A stretch of DNA of 59,964 nt, the filler included, from Sphacelaria rigidula (taxonomy: Eukaryota), in NCBI GenBank assembly GCA_964200075.2. It is 3 parts of 3 records of this genome, joined end to end, with 100 filler letters (N's around TTAATTAATTAA, not from the genome) between each part and the next. Parts side by side here need not be neighbours in the genome. Positions count along the whole stretch, not along the records: positions 20,035 to 39,949 come from CAXNAA020000587.1; 2 more parts are not named here. One strand, 5' to 3'. Below are positions 26,364 to 39,332 of the stretch, piece after piece. Made by a program: the position numbers and the translations under genes. The notes below the pieces were generated by a model. The model did no database searches. It was not told the origin of the DNA and saw only the letters and a program-made list of their open reading frames with translations. Every line of letters starts with the position of its first letter. Positions within the stretch are counted from its first letter, which is position 1.

Positions 26364-27672
26364 TCGGGATCGAGTCTAGTCGACAGAACACGGTTTTGAT
26401 TTTTTTTGTACGAAGTGTGCTAGTGCGTAGATGTTTGGGATTTTGGGTTATTTTATTATGTTCGTATCCTGAGTTTTTCACGCCAGAAATCCCTGAAATG
26501 CGTGTGAGAAGGTTGAATGTTCGGTTGTCAAGAAGTGGTCATGTTTTGCGTTTTGAGCTATGTTTATCCACGATCATCATGAATGGGCGAAGCGCGCAGG
26601 GAAGTATTAGAGGTCACACTCCTGTCCTCCTGGTTCTAAAGTGCACACCGTACTACTGTACGGTCATATCGCCCACTTGTGTGTGACTGTAGACTTCGAA
26701 AATTGAAGAGTTTCATTTTACTGGATGCAGCAAAAACGCCTTCCGATTGGGAGAGTCAGTTCTCTTGAGTGCTCCTCATTAACTGGTTCATGCATGGACG
26801 CGCTGAGCGAGCAGGACCAGCACTCACGAGGGTACCGCTGTCGCCGAGGGCGCCCAAGGAAGGCATCAAGATTTACGGCCGCATGATAATGTGTACCCCC
26901 CCTCCCCGCCCCCCCCCCGCCCCCCCCACCGTGCGCTGAGATAAACAGAATCAATCACATTTGACGGGTGTACATCGCGGTTTATGTCGCATGCTCCATG
27001 TATATGGTGGACCTCTCCGCATATTGTGACGTTTGATCGAGAGCTCGCTTCTCTGTTTGCTGACTTCGAGAAAGAAAGGGTCTGACAGGCGTGACTGACT
27101 CAAATTAATACTTGTATGCATTGTGCTGAATCAGATGATGCTCCTTCCCAGTGTGCCGATGCGCCGATAGAAATAATATTACGTTGGACCGTTTGACATT
27201 TTTTTGCTCACAGTTTGCGTCGAGAGGGCTGTATTGTTTTGTTATTTTAATTCATGGCATGTCGGGGATAGGGGGCGGGGGTAACGATGCAAATCACGGA
27301 ATTGCTGAGGGGAGGTGGCACAACAGTAGTCCACTGCGCACCGCGAATCTCGGTCAGTTTGTATAGTTGGTTTCTAATGGTCCACCACTCTTCAGGTACG
27401 ACGCAACAACCCTTCGCTCGTCTTTCTGTAAAAAGTTCAAGTGTAAAATAATTTGATTCTGTTCCTGGTACTACCACCCTTCTCCAGCGCCACAGCCCCA
27501 TGACCATACGTTTTTTACCGCACAAGTGTAGTACCTTCTGTCCCAGTGGTACACCATAACCTGTGTGTTAAACCCGCCACTTGTGCAAAAAGTTTCCATC
27601 TACATCGCCGGTAAAAATCAGAGCTCCTACGACTTCGACAGCCAAGTATGCTTGAACAGTTGTATTGGTCAA

Positions 27673-27866
27673 CACCTGACTTGCGCCGGAGTGTTACAAC
27701 ATATTAATGTACCATCCTGTTGGCCACCGCGTATTCACGTCTCGAGTGCTCACCTGATGAAGGTATCTCAAACGCGAGGCTCCTGGTATGTTCAGCAGTC
27801 GGTAATTTACTGTGGATGGAGCATACCGGAAACCTCGAGTTTGAGATAACTCTATAATGGTACTGT
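27673..27866. repeat. Dispersed repeat containing an ~88-bp MITE-like element (family B, 27763-27850); paralog of 29125-29535
   Basis: CACCTGACTTG...GTGTTACAACATAT...GTACCATCCTGT.GGCCACCGC.TATTCACGTCT is shared with 29125 onward. TIRs GTATCTCAAAC.CGAGG / CCTCGAGTTTGAGATA. Confidence 0.8.
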
Positions 27867-28711
27867 TGTATTCTTTCACTTTCACTTGAAAAACAGCGAC
27901 AAGGCCCAGGTGACCGCCCATGGCCGTCAAGGGATAACCGCCGATTGTATCACGTAAGGAAGGACCGAGTGAAGGAGATGGTGACCGCCATACGACGTCG
28001 TGGCGAATATTACGTATGATCGTGAAGCACATGGCTCTCGTGTAAAATAAAACATGTGCAGGTAGCACGGCCTTTTTTGCTTGATCGTGTCGAAAATAAG
28101 TTCATCTACTTATCTAGTCGGGCCAGCTCGATTTACAAGTTTATTCGTGCTAATTTATGTAAGATGCATTCGGCCCCACCGGTCTTGTTTCCCCTTGTGA
28201 CGACGTGATGACAAATACTACCGCGTGTTCGATGGAACACAGCGTGTCATGATGTTGACGTATATATTGCGATGACTCACACAACATCACCGCGGTGTCG
28301 GTGTAAAACGAGGGCCTTTGTCAAGAATGGGCCGATCTGAAGTACTTCTGACCGATGAGGTTGAACTGCGGTCATCGGTATAGTAATAGCAGCAATGATT
28401 CCTCTTTGTGGCTCGTTATCGATCAATCAGTCGGCCCTGATGGATGAAAAGTTTCTGTGCAGACCACCAATAATAATTCGCCTTTTTCCCGCTCCCGTCA
28501 GTTCCTGTGTTTTCGTCATCATCTAATCAGTTGGTCTAATTCATGTTTTCGTGAATGGAGATTCCTATGCATGGAACGCCACCATCATCGTGGTGGTGTT
28601 GGAAAATAAAAGCGAGTGTGCCGGTGATCGTGTGTGTTCTGCGCCGTTTCCCGCTAGCTGCAGACAAATTAATATTGATGCAATGAATTAAGACTATCTA
28701 TCAGAGGAACA

Positions 28712-28800
28712 GTATCTCAAACTCGAGGTTCCCGGTATATTTTTTGACTGTAAAAATTACTGTTGATTATATTATACCAGGAACCTCGCTTTTGATATAC
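28712..28800. mobile_element. MITE-like element, family B (~89 bp, ~26-bp imperfect TIRs)
   Basis: GTATCTCAAACTCGAGGTTCCCGGTA ... TACCAGGAACCTCGCTTTTGATATAC; related copies at 27763-27850 and ~29424-29519. Confidence 0.75.
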
Positions 28801-28874
28801 TTTTTTTTCTTCGCACTTTAAACCTTTCCCCTTCCTCGGGACGAGTCCGTGGTCTCAAGGGACTTGTCCCATCT

Positions 28875-29032
28875 TTCCCTCGGCACACGCCTTGCATTTT
28901 GGTTTTGCCTCACGCCTTTCAACGGTGGAAATCAGATATCACAGAGAACAACCATACTATACGCATCGGGAATCGAACCCTTGCTCTCCCCAACCTAATG
29001 ACGATGATCGGACCATTGCGATACCGCGCGGC
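28875..29032 (-). mobile_element. tRNA-derived SINE-like copy (same family as 59-503)
   Basis: GGGAATCGAACCC at 28968-28980 preceded by ACGCAT. The tail CCCTCGGCACACGC resembles CCCTCGGTACACGC at 61. Confidence 0.6.
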
Positions 29033-29196
29033 ACCTCTACTGGTATAAACACCAGCTTGTTGCGAGGAATCACGACACACATCAACTGGTTGCTAAATTA
29101 GGATCTATGCCGCAAAAAGTCGGCACCTGACTTGTGCTGTAGTGTTACAACATATTTGTGTACCATCCTGTCGGCCACCGCATATTCACGTCTTGA

Positions 29197-29400
29197 CCCC
29201 TAGACCGCGAGATTAGTCTTTCTGGACTATGCATACTTTTTTTCACTTGAAATTGATGCCGATTCAACAGAAGACTAACCTCGCGGTCTAAGGGTCAACC
29301 CTTAGACCGCGGTGCGGGTAGTCCATCTGGATCATGCACACTTTTTTCAAGTGAATATTGATGCCGATTCAGCAGGTGACCTACCCTCGCGGTCAAGAGG
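29197..29400. mobile_element. Two tandem ~100-bp MITEs (family A; CCC(T/C)TAGACCGCG...CGCGGTCTAAGGG TIRs, piggyBac-like ends)
   Basis: Copies at 29197-29294 and 29299-29400, flanked and separated by TTGA, TCAA and TTAT; internal TTGATGCCGATTCA. Confidence 0.8.
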
Positions 29401-32400
29401 TTATATGCTTCACCTAATATAGGTGTATTAAACACGAGGTTTCCGGTGCGTTCAGCAGTCAGTAATTTACTTGGGATCGAGTATACTGGAAACCTCGAGT
29501 TTGATCGAGTTTGAGATACGTCTATAATAGTACTCTTTAATCATGGACACGAAAAATCAAAATCATCGATCATCCCGCCATTAGGGCATTCTTCTCTTTG
29601 TTATCCTATAGTGAGCTTGTTACGGTTTTGGCACGAAATTATGAAATACTGCGATATATACGGTTGGAAGAGCAAGAGGTGAGAGGATACAGAACAATAA
29701 GACATGCAGTTTTCTTTCAAGTGAGCTTGAGTGAGCAAGTCATGTGTGCACACAAAACGAATAGCACGGTCGGGAGACTGTACGCCTCGATGCACTGTAT
29801 CAATACCAACCAACAATTGGAGACTGACACCATCTAGGAGTTCGTTGCTGTGTTCACACCACGGCAAAGGAAGTATACACGCAGTATAACGGCGTGGGCT
29901 CCAGTCAGCCAGGGGTAACTTTTGAAATTATTGTATTTGTGATGAAACAATCGGCCGATGTTCATTTAGTTACAACGCATAGTGAAGATAATATCCGTTT
30001 CTTACACTTCTTCTTGTACCGAGCCCTCTTCTCTTCAAAGCTTTCCCTCGGATTTGTGACCGCACAAAAAGAATGGCGAAGCGCGATCGGCATTCAGTAT
30101 CCAGCATGGGGGTAAATCATGAGTATTTGCTGCCGGTCTCCAGTGTCTCGGGATAGTCCTCAGTGCCTGCGCCCCGTACACACAGGCGAACCGTCTGGAA
30201 ACCACATATTCCTCTAACACCTATGCGTGGATGGCTTTGGCCAATGACATCATCGCCAACATATCTGTGTTCAATCAAATCACATTATAGGTGAAAATAT
30301 CCCGTACAAGAAAGATCCTAGAGTGTTCTTGCCGTTAATAAGTAAAGATTAATTTTCTTACATCTAGTGGCGTGCTCTGCTGGATTGATCAGTGCTGCGA
30401 AACCAAACCCACCGCTCTCACTCTTCTACATCCGCCCCTAATCAGCACACACAAGCAACAAAGCTACCCGAGGGGCCTTATATTTATTTTGCCGTAGCAG
30501 GTGCTACTACGCTAACGCCGGGCCACCTAGGAGCACAACGACAGGTATGAGGAGAGCATGGGCTCACACGAAACGGTTCGGGTTTGCATGTGTAGTTCGC
30601 CCGCACCTTCAATATCGTGCTCGCACCTGCACTGCAATCAATTGCCCTCCAGTGTGTGCCTTCAAAGTCGCGACCTTCGTATTTGAGTTCTCACAAATTT
30701 AGGGCGTTGTCACTGCTTGTCATTGATGACAACGCAGAGCAGGCTTGGATCAGAGAGCGGAGCGTGTCAAACCCTCCCCTACAATCGTCGGCTGCTACCG
30801 AGCATGTACGCCCGGCATGAGTTGTGGCTGCAAGTGAATTGAGAAATTATGGGCCAGGTCTCCGCCGAATGTAACAGGCGCAGTACTCTTCCTTGGTGTC
30901 GGATAGAACGCGTTTCCTGGTTCGACAGACTGGTACCCGAAGTCGAAACGGCAATGAGATATCATTCCGGCACACACAGTAAAAAACAATCTGCATCTGG
31001 CAGACAATCAGCTCGATGTTGCCAAGGGTGTGTGATGCGTCGATACCCAGCCCAAATAGTCATCGTTGATGTTGGTCGCGTGTAGCTGGAAGAGGCGACG
31101 GGAACGTCTCAAGGAGGCACGTCGAATGGAAGTGCAGGATGCCGGCAAGTCAGATACCACAGCGCACGGACATTCATCAGATATATATATATATTTAATA
31201 TATATATATATCCTGCGGCTTGAAATGCTGATCGCACACAACAGGACAGTACACCTTACTACAGGGGTGCATTGTGCAGGCAGATTAAAGCATGGCCCCA
31301 ATCCACACACCCCAGTCGAAATGCCAGTTGTATCGCCCTCGTGTAGAAGACATCACGGGTCACTTACTAATTCACCCCCTTCACAACTAGTCAGATGTGG
31401 CAACATCGACGCAGCAAACGTCCGTTGACTTCGGCGGAAGATACAACCAGGACAAGGTAACACTGAAAACCCTCACATGTGAGCCGACCGTTGCCGTATC
31501 GGTTCCAACCCCCCAGGAAAGTATTTTACTGAGTTTCAGTCCGCATTACGTGGAATGGAAGGGTTTCGAACAACACTGAAGTACGCAAAGTAGCGGTACA
31601 GGCAGGATAGTGGTACATGTGATCCTGTTGCACTTCCGTGCTCCCAACGCCCTAAGAGTCCTGTCCGGGCATGATCTGCAAGTGTAAGTGGTGAGTGCGT
31701 TCCAACTGAAATTGTCCCATGTTGCCCTAAACCTCCGCGTGTCCAGTTGGCATCCTACCATGCCGTTTGGATCTGGGTACCACGTAACCTGTGTGCCTGA
31801 CCGAAATCCTCCGTTGCATTTTCTGGTGCGAACATCTTTCGTAGATTACTTTTAGGAGTTGTTCAATCGACCTTTACCTGACTTGCGGCACATCGCACGA
31901 CATGAACACACCTAGCAGCAACCCCCTAATTATTCTTCGTCGGGCCCGAAGTGAAGCGTCGCTGCTCTTACTTCGTCACGACGGGTACTATCCGTTGGAC
32001 ATACAGACGTACGGTCGGTAGCAGACGTGCGCGGAGTTTTCTCCTCTTTTTCCCGCACAACGAACTTTCTGCTAGTTGGCACGCGATTCCACAAGAAAGC
32101 GGGTCATCCATTTATTGAACATTCTGTGATTCTCGCTCTGAAGTATCGTGCGCTTTGTCCGCTCACACAATCGTCGGCTCCCCACAGCTCATTCCGTCGG
32201 CCTAACTGGAGCGCGCTCCATCAGTTCTCAGGTAGACTATCGCACGCGATTTCCATCTACTCGCAGTCTCATCTTGACGTCTACAGATGCTCATCTCATA
32301 ACTCTGGCATCTGCGGCCAGGGAGCGAAGGGCAGACTGTGGGGTAGTTCGTTTGCACGGTTCAGGTTCACTGACCCTCCGTTGTTTGTTATTTTTCGCCT

Positions 32401-32478
32401 TTTTCTCATGTCTCCGCAGCTTTCTTGTCTTGACATCGTTTTTCCTGAGAAGAGCTAGAGGACCTGCAAGAGCGCGAA

Positions 32479-35400
32479 ATGGCGCGCTGTGCTGCTACTG
32501 TCGTCTTGACCCTTCTTCATGGGGCCTCGGCAAGCGAGTCCTTGAGGAGCGCACACGATGTGCCTGAGCTTCGCCATGCTGCGAAGGTATGCCGAACGAT
32601 GATTGATACAAATGATCGGAATAATGCACCTCGCGATATCTTTGGTCATCTCCCCAGGTGCAAATGGCCTGGAACCCAGGCGGTTCATCTGGGGCTAGTG
32701 AACCACCGTAACGGATTTGTCCCTTGCTACCCCTCGTGAATGCCTGTTTTGTCTTTGCGGGCTTGGGTTTGACTTACCCCGGGTGTTTGTATTTTGTGCG
32801 GTACTTGTTTGTTCTGTGGCTTTCCTGTAAGATTGCCTTGCTCGGTCAGGGGTCAGGGACGCCATCGTGTTGAATCCCCCGAAGCAAGTGCTGAGTCAAT
32901 CTGCCGCGTCGAGTTTTTCGCGCAAATTCGACCACTCGTGCGTGAACTCGCGTGGAGATTAAAGAAGTAGTCGGGAAAGTTCTCATGTCGGCTGTTTTGG
33001 CTATCCCTGCGTGAACAGGATATATCCCAGAGCCTGGCATGGTCCTCCGAAGGTTGTTACACGGACGCGCGCGATCGCATCTTCGAGAAAATGTCGGAAG
33101 ACACCAGCTTGACGACCGCGGTGAGTAAAATTTTCTGAACGACGTGCTCACGCTAGGAGGGCGTCATAATATTCTTGGAGAAGACAACTCGCCTCAGGCA
33201 GCGATCGTTCGCGGGAATCACGAAACGCGTCTCGAAGTGGCGATCAGGAGTGTGGTCCCCCCTCGAAATAAAAAAGGGAGAAGATGTGCGGCCCACCCTT
33301 ATGGGGAGAGGTTCGCATGTCAGATTTGGTGCAGGTCTGAGTGTGTACGCTCTGGGGACATCGTCGTTATGAGGTTCCCTATCCGACTGAGTTTGTACCC
33401 TATTTATCCGAAGAAGTCATGAATTCTACGGGTATGGTGCTGGCTAATTCCAGGGAATTTCACACCTTGGGTAACATGATGACCAATGCAGCAGATACAG
33501 TACTGTGTCGAGTACCCCGCGATGCATCTTCACGGAAACGCGTCCAGCGTACGCTGAGACCACAGCGCACCAGTGTAGGCCCGATATTCGTTGTCACACT
33601 ACAACCGAGTCAAAGTCCTACCCCTGCAAAGTGGTGAAGTCTAATTCTCTTCGATGAGAATAAGAGAACGTGTGGGATACTCGGAAATTTATAATGTACC
33701 ACTTTGGCGTTTCTATTTTTGGAGTCAAACAAGAACTCTTCCCGCCCGAGAACAATTCTTGTCTAGTTATATCCACTGACCCTCTGGGGACCAATCTCCC
33801 TGAAACACGGTGTTTGACCGGAGTGGCTTTTTTTTGAATCGGCATCAGCTTCGCTTGATAACGACTGAAGATGATGCCGATTCACCGTAAGGCCCCTCCG
33901 TACAAACACCATGTGACAAGGCTGGTCGTGTGAGGTTTAATTTCACTCGAGAAAGCACGCGTAGTCCAAATAAACCATGTGCGATGCGATTCTGGTGGTC
34001 CATCTGGATCGACTACATTTCTTCAAACTGAAATCCGATGGCGAAGGAGCAGGTGAGCTACCCTCGTGGTCTGAGGATTGGACGGTGATGGTGAATGATC
34101 TGTTGGAGATATCGATTTCACTTGGGGAGAGCTTACATGGTCTAGGTGAACGCCCCCTACTGCGAGAGTGGATTGAGACGAGATTCGATTTGAAAATATG
34201 TAACCAATTGAATTACCCTCCGGTGTAATGAAGCCTTTTGGGACCGGATTCCCAAGAACATGTGGTTTGCACGCAGGGGTCTTCCGTGAATCGGCATCAT
34301 TTTTATTCGTTTTCAACTAAAAATGATGTCAGTTCACGAAAATGCACATGCGTGTCAACCACATGTTTCCGCAAGATAAGACTTTCTGGAACCCTTTGAC
34401 CGCGAGGGTAGTCTTGTGTTGAATCAGCATCAATTCCAAGTGAAGGAAGTATTCATGATCCGGAAATACTAGTCTCGCGGTCTAAGGGTTGGTGGCGATT
34501 GTAGAACTTATCCAATCCGTCGTTTCTTTTTTTTTCCTGCCTCGGGGTATTTCATTCGACAGAAATGCGCGGAGGACTGCGCCGACTACCCGTACTACGG
34601 TGTACAATTTGGTAAAGAGTGCTGGTGCGGAAACTACAGGGCGAACTACGCCCGATACGGATCATCCTCCGACTGTACTGTGAAATGCTCGGGTGACAGC
34701 AGTGAAACATGCGGCGGGCGATGGGCGATGAACGTGTACAGCCAGGGTAAGAAAACGTCATGGTGTCGAGTTCGTGGTTGAACGATCGTGTTCGGATCAA
34801 GTTGAAGTTGTCACTGCGGTTCACCCATGACATACTGACGCAAACTCACCCTGAAGCTGAGGGAGTTTATTCTTCCCGCCTGTTATGGGATCTTCGTTGA
34901 TTTGTTTTGGAATTCATTGACGATTTTGTTTTTGTAGGGCATCACTTTCATCAGTAGAGCTGAGGATTTGTACCCGAACAATGGTTGGTACTCGGTTTTA
35001 CTTGATTCCAAACTGAACAAAGTTCATAGTCTGTGGCAGGTGAGTAGCGTGTTGAGGTTCATCGGCTGGAAGGCGTCGATTTGGGCTCTGGCAACGAACT
35101 TTGCCTAGGAAACACTCTGCACCCCCTTGCCCGAGGGCAGTCCATCTGGATCATGCATCTTATTTCGAGTAGAATGGATGCCGATATAACAGATGGCCTC
35201 CTCTCGCTCTAAGGGTACTCTTGTGGAACTCATTGACGATTTTTGACTGAAAGTGAAGTAGAATTATGCCGATTCACGAAAACAAGGACTGCCAACAGAT
35301 TCCAAGAGGGTCAACCTCTCATGGCGATGTCCTCACACGGCGATGTGGGTAGTCCATCTGGGTCACGCATACTCTCTCAAAAAAATGCTCATTCAACAGA

Positions 35401-38400
35401 TGAATTTTTCTCTCCCGATCGAAGGGTAAGGCAGGCGCCGATTTGAACGAGAACGCGCTCTGCACATGCTGCAACACGCTTGACTTGCCTTCGAGACGGG
35501 ATTCTCGACCGTATTTTGAGTAGAGTTTGCCCTTGCATTGACGTTTGCCACCTTTGCGCATCTACAGCTGAAGAAGATACCGCGTCAGTGGGGTGCTACG
35601 CGGACGAGAGAAATGACCGCGTTTTCTACAACCAGTGGGTCCACGATTCCAGCATGACCCCGGAGGTGAGGGGATTGTGCTGTCGACGCCCTCGCACCCT
35701 ACGTGTGCCGCGAGGGTGAGGCCACGTTTTCGCAACTGATTCCTCGATCGAAGAGATGCAGCAGACTGTTTTCACAGATCTGATCGAGACCACCGTGTCT
35801 ATGTTCCCTAAAGGCCTCAACACTAGATTTTGATGGTTGGCGCACGGAGAACTGCTCGATCGAGAACGTGCGGTCGACATGCACGGGGCGGCACCTGATT
35901 CTCGTCTTGTAGACGAGACCAGATACCACCTGTTCACGGGATCATGAAAGTCCACTCTCAGCTACTGCCTCAACCCTCCAGCATGGAGTTTGGGTTGACT
36001 ACAGAAATAGATGCACTACATGCATTTAGGCTCGCTTCGTTTATTCTTGTGGGCGAAAACTTGCACATGTTCTTTCATGTCATGTCGAACCAGCTTAACT
36101 GTCGCACGCAAACATCACGGCCGCTGTTCGCGGCCGCTACCTCGTGCTCCTGATCGTTTTTAATGGTCGAATCAGTATAATGTCGTCTCAAAACGGGTCT
36201 CGTCATACGACAATTGTCCGTTTCGCTTCACTCTTCCAGTGGTGCAAAGTCCACTGCGACAAGGTGGGCGCGGAGTATTACGCCACGCAGTACGGGAACG
36301 AGTGCTGGTGCGGCCAGGACACTGCTGAAATCGACAAGCACGGACCAGCTACATGCGACGTTCCTTGCTCTGGCGACCCGACCAAAATCTGCGGTGGAAC
36401 TTGGGCGATGACTGTATACAGCAACTCGGCAGGTACCTTCATCCCTTCGTGTCTGTTTCCTTCTATCACCGGAGTACTCTCGTTTTTTCATGATACTGAC
36501 GGGTTCTCCCTCCCATGTCCATTTTTTCAAGTTGTACATCACCGGCGTCATATCATGACAAGCGTTGCGACGAATACTTCGTGAAGTACGGTCGGCCATT
36601 GCAGAAAAATGTGAGGAAACTCCCGCAGGCTCACTTTGAACGAAGATGCCCGATGTTCTCGTGTCCGTTCCTCGCTTCCTGCCGCTCCCAGCGCCGCCGC
36701 CGCCGACTCCAACACCACCGTCACCAACACCGACACCATCAGCCACCATGCCTACCCCGGCGCCAACACCTGTGTGGGAGATGCCAGAATACGATCCCGC
36801 TTGCACCAAGGCCAGTTGGCGCTACGCTGCCTCGACTGGACCCTCAGGACGCGCATGTGCGTACTCATGTAGTTTGTCGCCGTCATGCGCAATTTGTTCT
36901 CTACCGGAGCATGCGTCGAGTCTTGCGTTGCAAAGTATTGTCTACAAACCTTTCGTCGGTCGATATTTCTCCATAACGCCAGTTCTCCCCTGAAACCTAT
37001 CCATGACGGAATTTACCTCAACCGTCCTATCCTCAATCCTCAGATATCGAGGGCTCCGGCGGAGACGAATGCTTCACTCTCACCGATCTATACCTGGCGC
37101 GTGGCGGCAAGCCCCCTCTGTACGTGACCGATGAACTCGGTAACGAGCTCCCCGAGGGCGCTGTTCCCACAGGTCACTGGCTCCTGAAGGGTGAGTTGTA
37201 CGTGACTGGTGGTGCCATCCTGTACGTGCACGGCACCAACATTGGTGGAGATGCGGACACCCTCCGCATTCAGTCCGAGGACGATGGGTTGTTCCACGAG
37301 GTTCGCGGCCACGGTGGAAGCTTGTCGTTCAAGAGCACATTCGTGACGTCCTGGGACACCACCACCGGCGCTGTGAGGGAAGAGTACGAAGGTGGACGTT
37401 CGTTCATCAACTGCGTCAGCGAGAAAGATGACGATCAGACTTGCGAGGGCAATGCCAAGAACGACATGGGAGAGTGCCGCATGGACATCATCGACTCGGA
37501 AATGGGCCACCTGGGTTACTTTGACTCCGAGTCTTACGGGCTGACGTGGAAGGTGCGCGGGTTCTGTGTGGATAAGTCCAACCCGGAGGTGTTCGACAAC
37601 ACCGATGTTTTCGGTGATATCAAGAACTCGGACATCCACCACATGTACTACGGCATGTACTCCTACGGTCACCAGGGCGGTGTCTGGACGAACAACAAGA
37701 TGCACGACAACCACCAGTACGGATTCGACCCCCACGACGACTCCGACTACCTCACCATCAGCGGTAACGAGGTCTGGAACAACGTCAACCATGGTGAGCA
37801 CCCCCCGCCCCCTTTTCCTGCGTTTTACAACGAGAGGTAGTCCTACTAACCGCATACCGTTCCTGAATTCGTGTTGCGGGGCTTCCATGCAAAAATTCCC
37901 CCAGGTTTTGTTTTCCGCGCTGTCAATCTCATCTCATGAAGATATCACTTGCAGCGTTTCGGTGTCTTACTCGAAAATGTCATCCACGTCGCCCCAGGGA
38001 TCATCGCCTCGAAGCGCTGTAACCACGTGAAGATCTTCGACAACGAGGTTTACGACGGGGGGGCGCAGGCGGCTGGTATCTTCCTCCACCGCAGTACCGA
38101 CAGCTGCGAAGTGTACGGTAAGCATCATTGGATCGCATACGCATCGCACTACGCATCGCACGGTCTTGGCGAACATATCATCTGGATTCCCCGTCATCTT
38201 ACATGTTTGGTTTTGTACCCGACAACCAGGATGGTGCCGTAACTACCATTGCAATTCTGAGACATGCACAAGTCGATGCGAGCAATTCCACCGGATAATT
38301 TGTTCACGGTCTGCACCCGCAAGTAGCTTGACAGGTGGTCATTGGGCTGCTTTTGCCGACCATTGCCCCATCTTGTCTTTTAACTCGTCGCAGATAACTA

Positions 38401-39332
38401 CGTCCACGACATGTACGACGCTGGTATCGCCAACCTCGAGTCGTCCGACTCTAAGGTGTACAACAACATCTTCAAGAACGTCAAGTACGGTATCCGCATC
38501 TCCCTTGGCGGGCAGAACAACGAAATCTACGACAACACGTTCGAGAACTGCTCACAATGTAAGTGTCCGCACGCGGCCTTTCGCGCGCCATCACTCTATT
38601 TCGTGGGCATTGTGGAGATCCTCATGGTCTGGGTGAGATGATGGAAACTCGAGGGGTTTCTGCCGTCTGATGTCTTGAGACCTCCGCTGAGGCTGTGAAC
38701 CAGTGTCCCGTCATGACAAAATGCCCTTACTTTCGAAGTTTGCGTGCGTGCCCCGACAGATTCTCGTGACGCGATGGACAGGCATGTTGAGAAAATCGCC
38801 GACACAACCTCAAGTTACTCGCCCTTTGCCCACATTTTTTTCCGCGTTCGTTTTTGTTCTGAGCAGATGGATTGTACACATACATGGGCTCGGATCCCCC
38901 GGATGTGACCGACGGCCGTCCGTCCGGTAACATTTTCCGCGACAACACGGTCACCAAGACTGCGACCGGTGTCAGGTTCAAGGAAGCAGACGACACCCAA
39001 TGCTACGGTGAGCGTGCTCGCATCCCTCGGTGGCTGGTTCTCACCTTCACGACCGCGCTTCCACATCAAGCTGCGGACGAATTTGTCCTTTTTTCCGAGT
39101 ACTGTTACACTGTAGTCGTCTGTCGATTTGTGCAGATGTCCTGACTCGTGTTCGTTCCATGCCTCTGCCCCTGTGTACGTGCACAGACAACACCTTCGAA
39201 GACGTTGAGAAGTTCCAGTTCACGGATTCGACGAACACCTTCTGGGAGAACAACAGTCACGACGGCGCATGCACGTCGAACACGGACTCAACGTTCGACT
39301 CCGCTTCGTCCGGCTTACCCGACTCTTGCTAA
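32479..39332 (+). CDS. Secreted mannuronan C-5 epimerase (AlgG-type) with two N-terminal WSC domains and a Pro/Thr linker; 11 exons
   Basis: Phase-consistent GT-AG exons: 32479-32586, 33019-33120, 34563-34746, 35568-35665, 36240-36432, 36692-36856, 37044-37793, 37998-38117, 38394-38558, 38867-39007, 39187-39332. The N-terminus is signal-peptide-like. WSC motifs: GCYTD..R / YYGVQFGKECWCG...C...CSGD...CGG.WAM.VY (x2). Epimerase motifs: ESYGLTWKVRGFC, MYYGMYSYGH, YGFDPHDDSD, NHGIIASKRC, GIFLHRS. Confidence 0.93.
33810..35426. mobile_element. Cluster of family-A MITE copies and fragments in introns 2-3 of the epimerase gene (the span also contains exon 3)
   Basis: Full copy at 34392-34488 in reverse orientation. 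Degenerate copies at ~33810-33890, ~33995-34077, 35122-35215 and ~35240-35426 share GTAGTCCATCTGGATCATGCA, ATGCCGATTCA and TAAGGG ends. Confidence 0.7.

Noticed and set aside
36436..36690. Extra coding sequence between WSC2 and the linker
   Set aside because: Exons ending at 36432 and starting at 36692 splice in phase without it.
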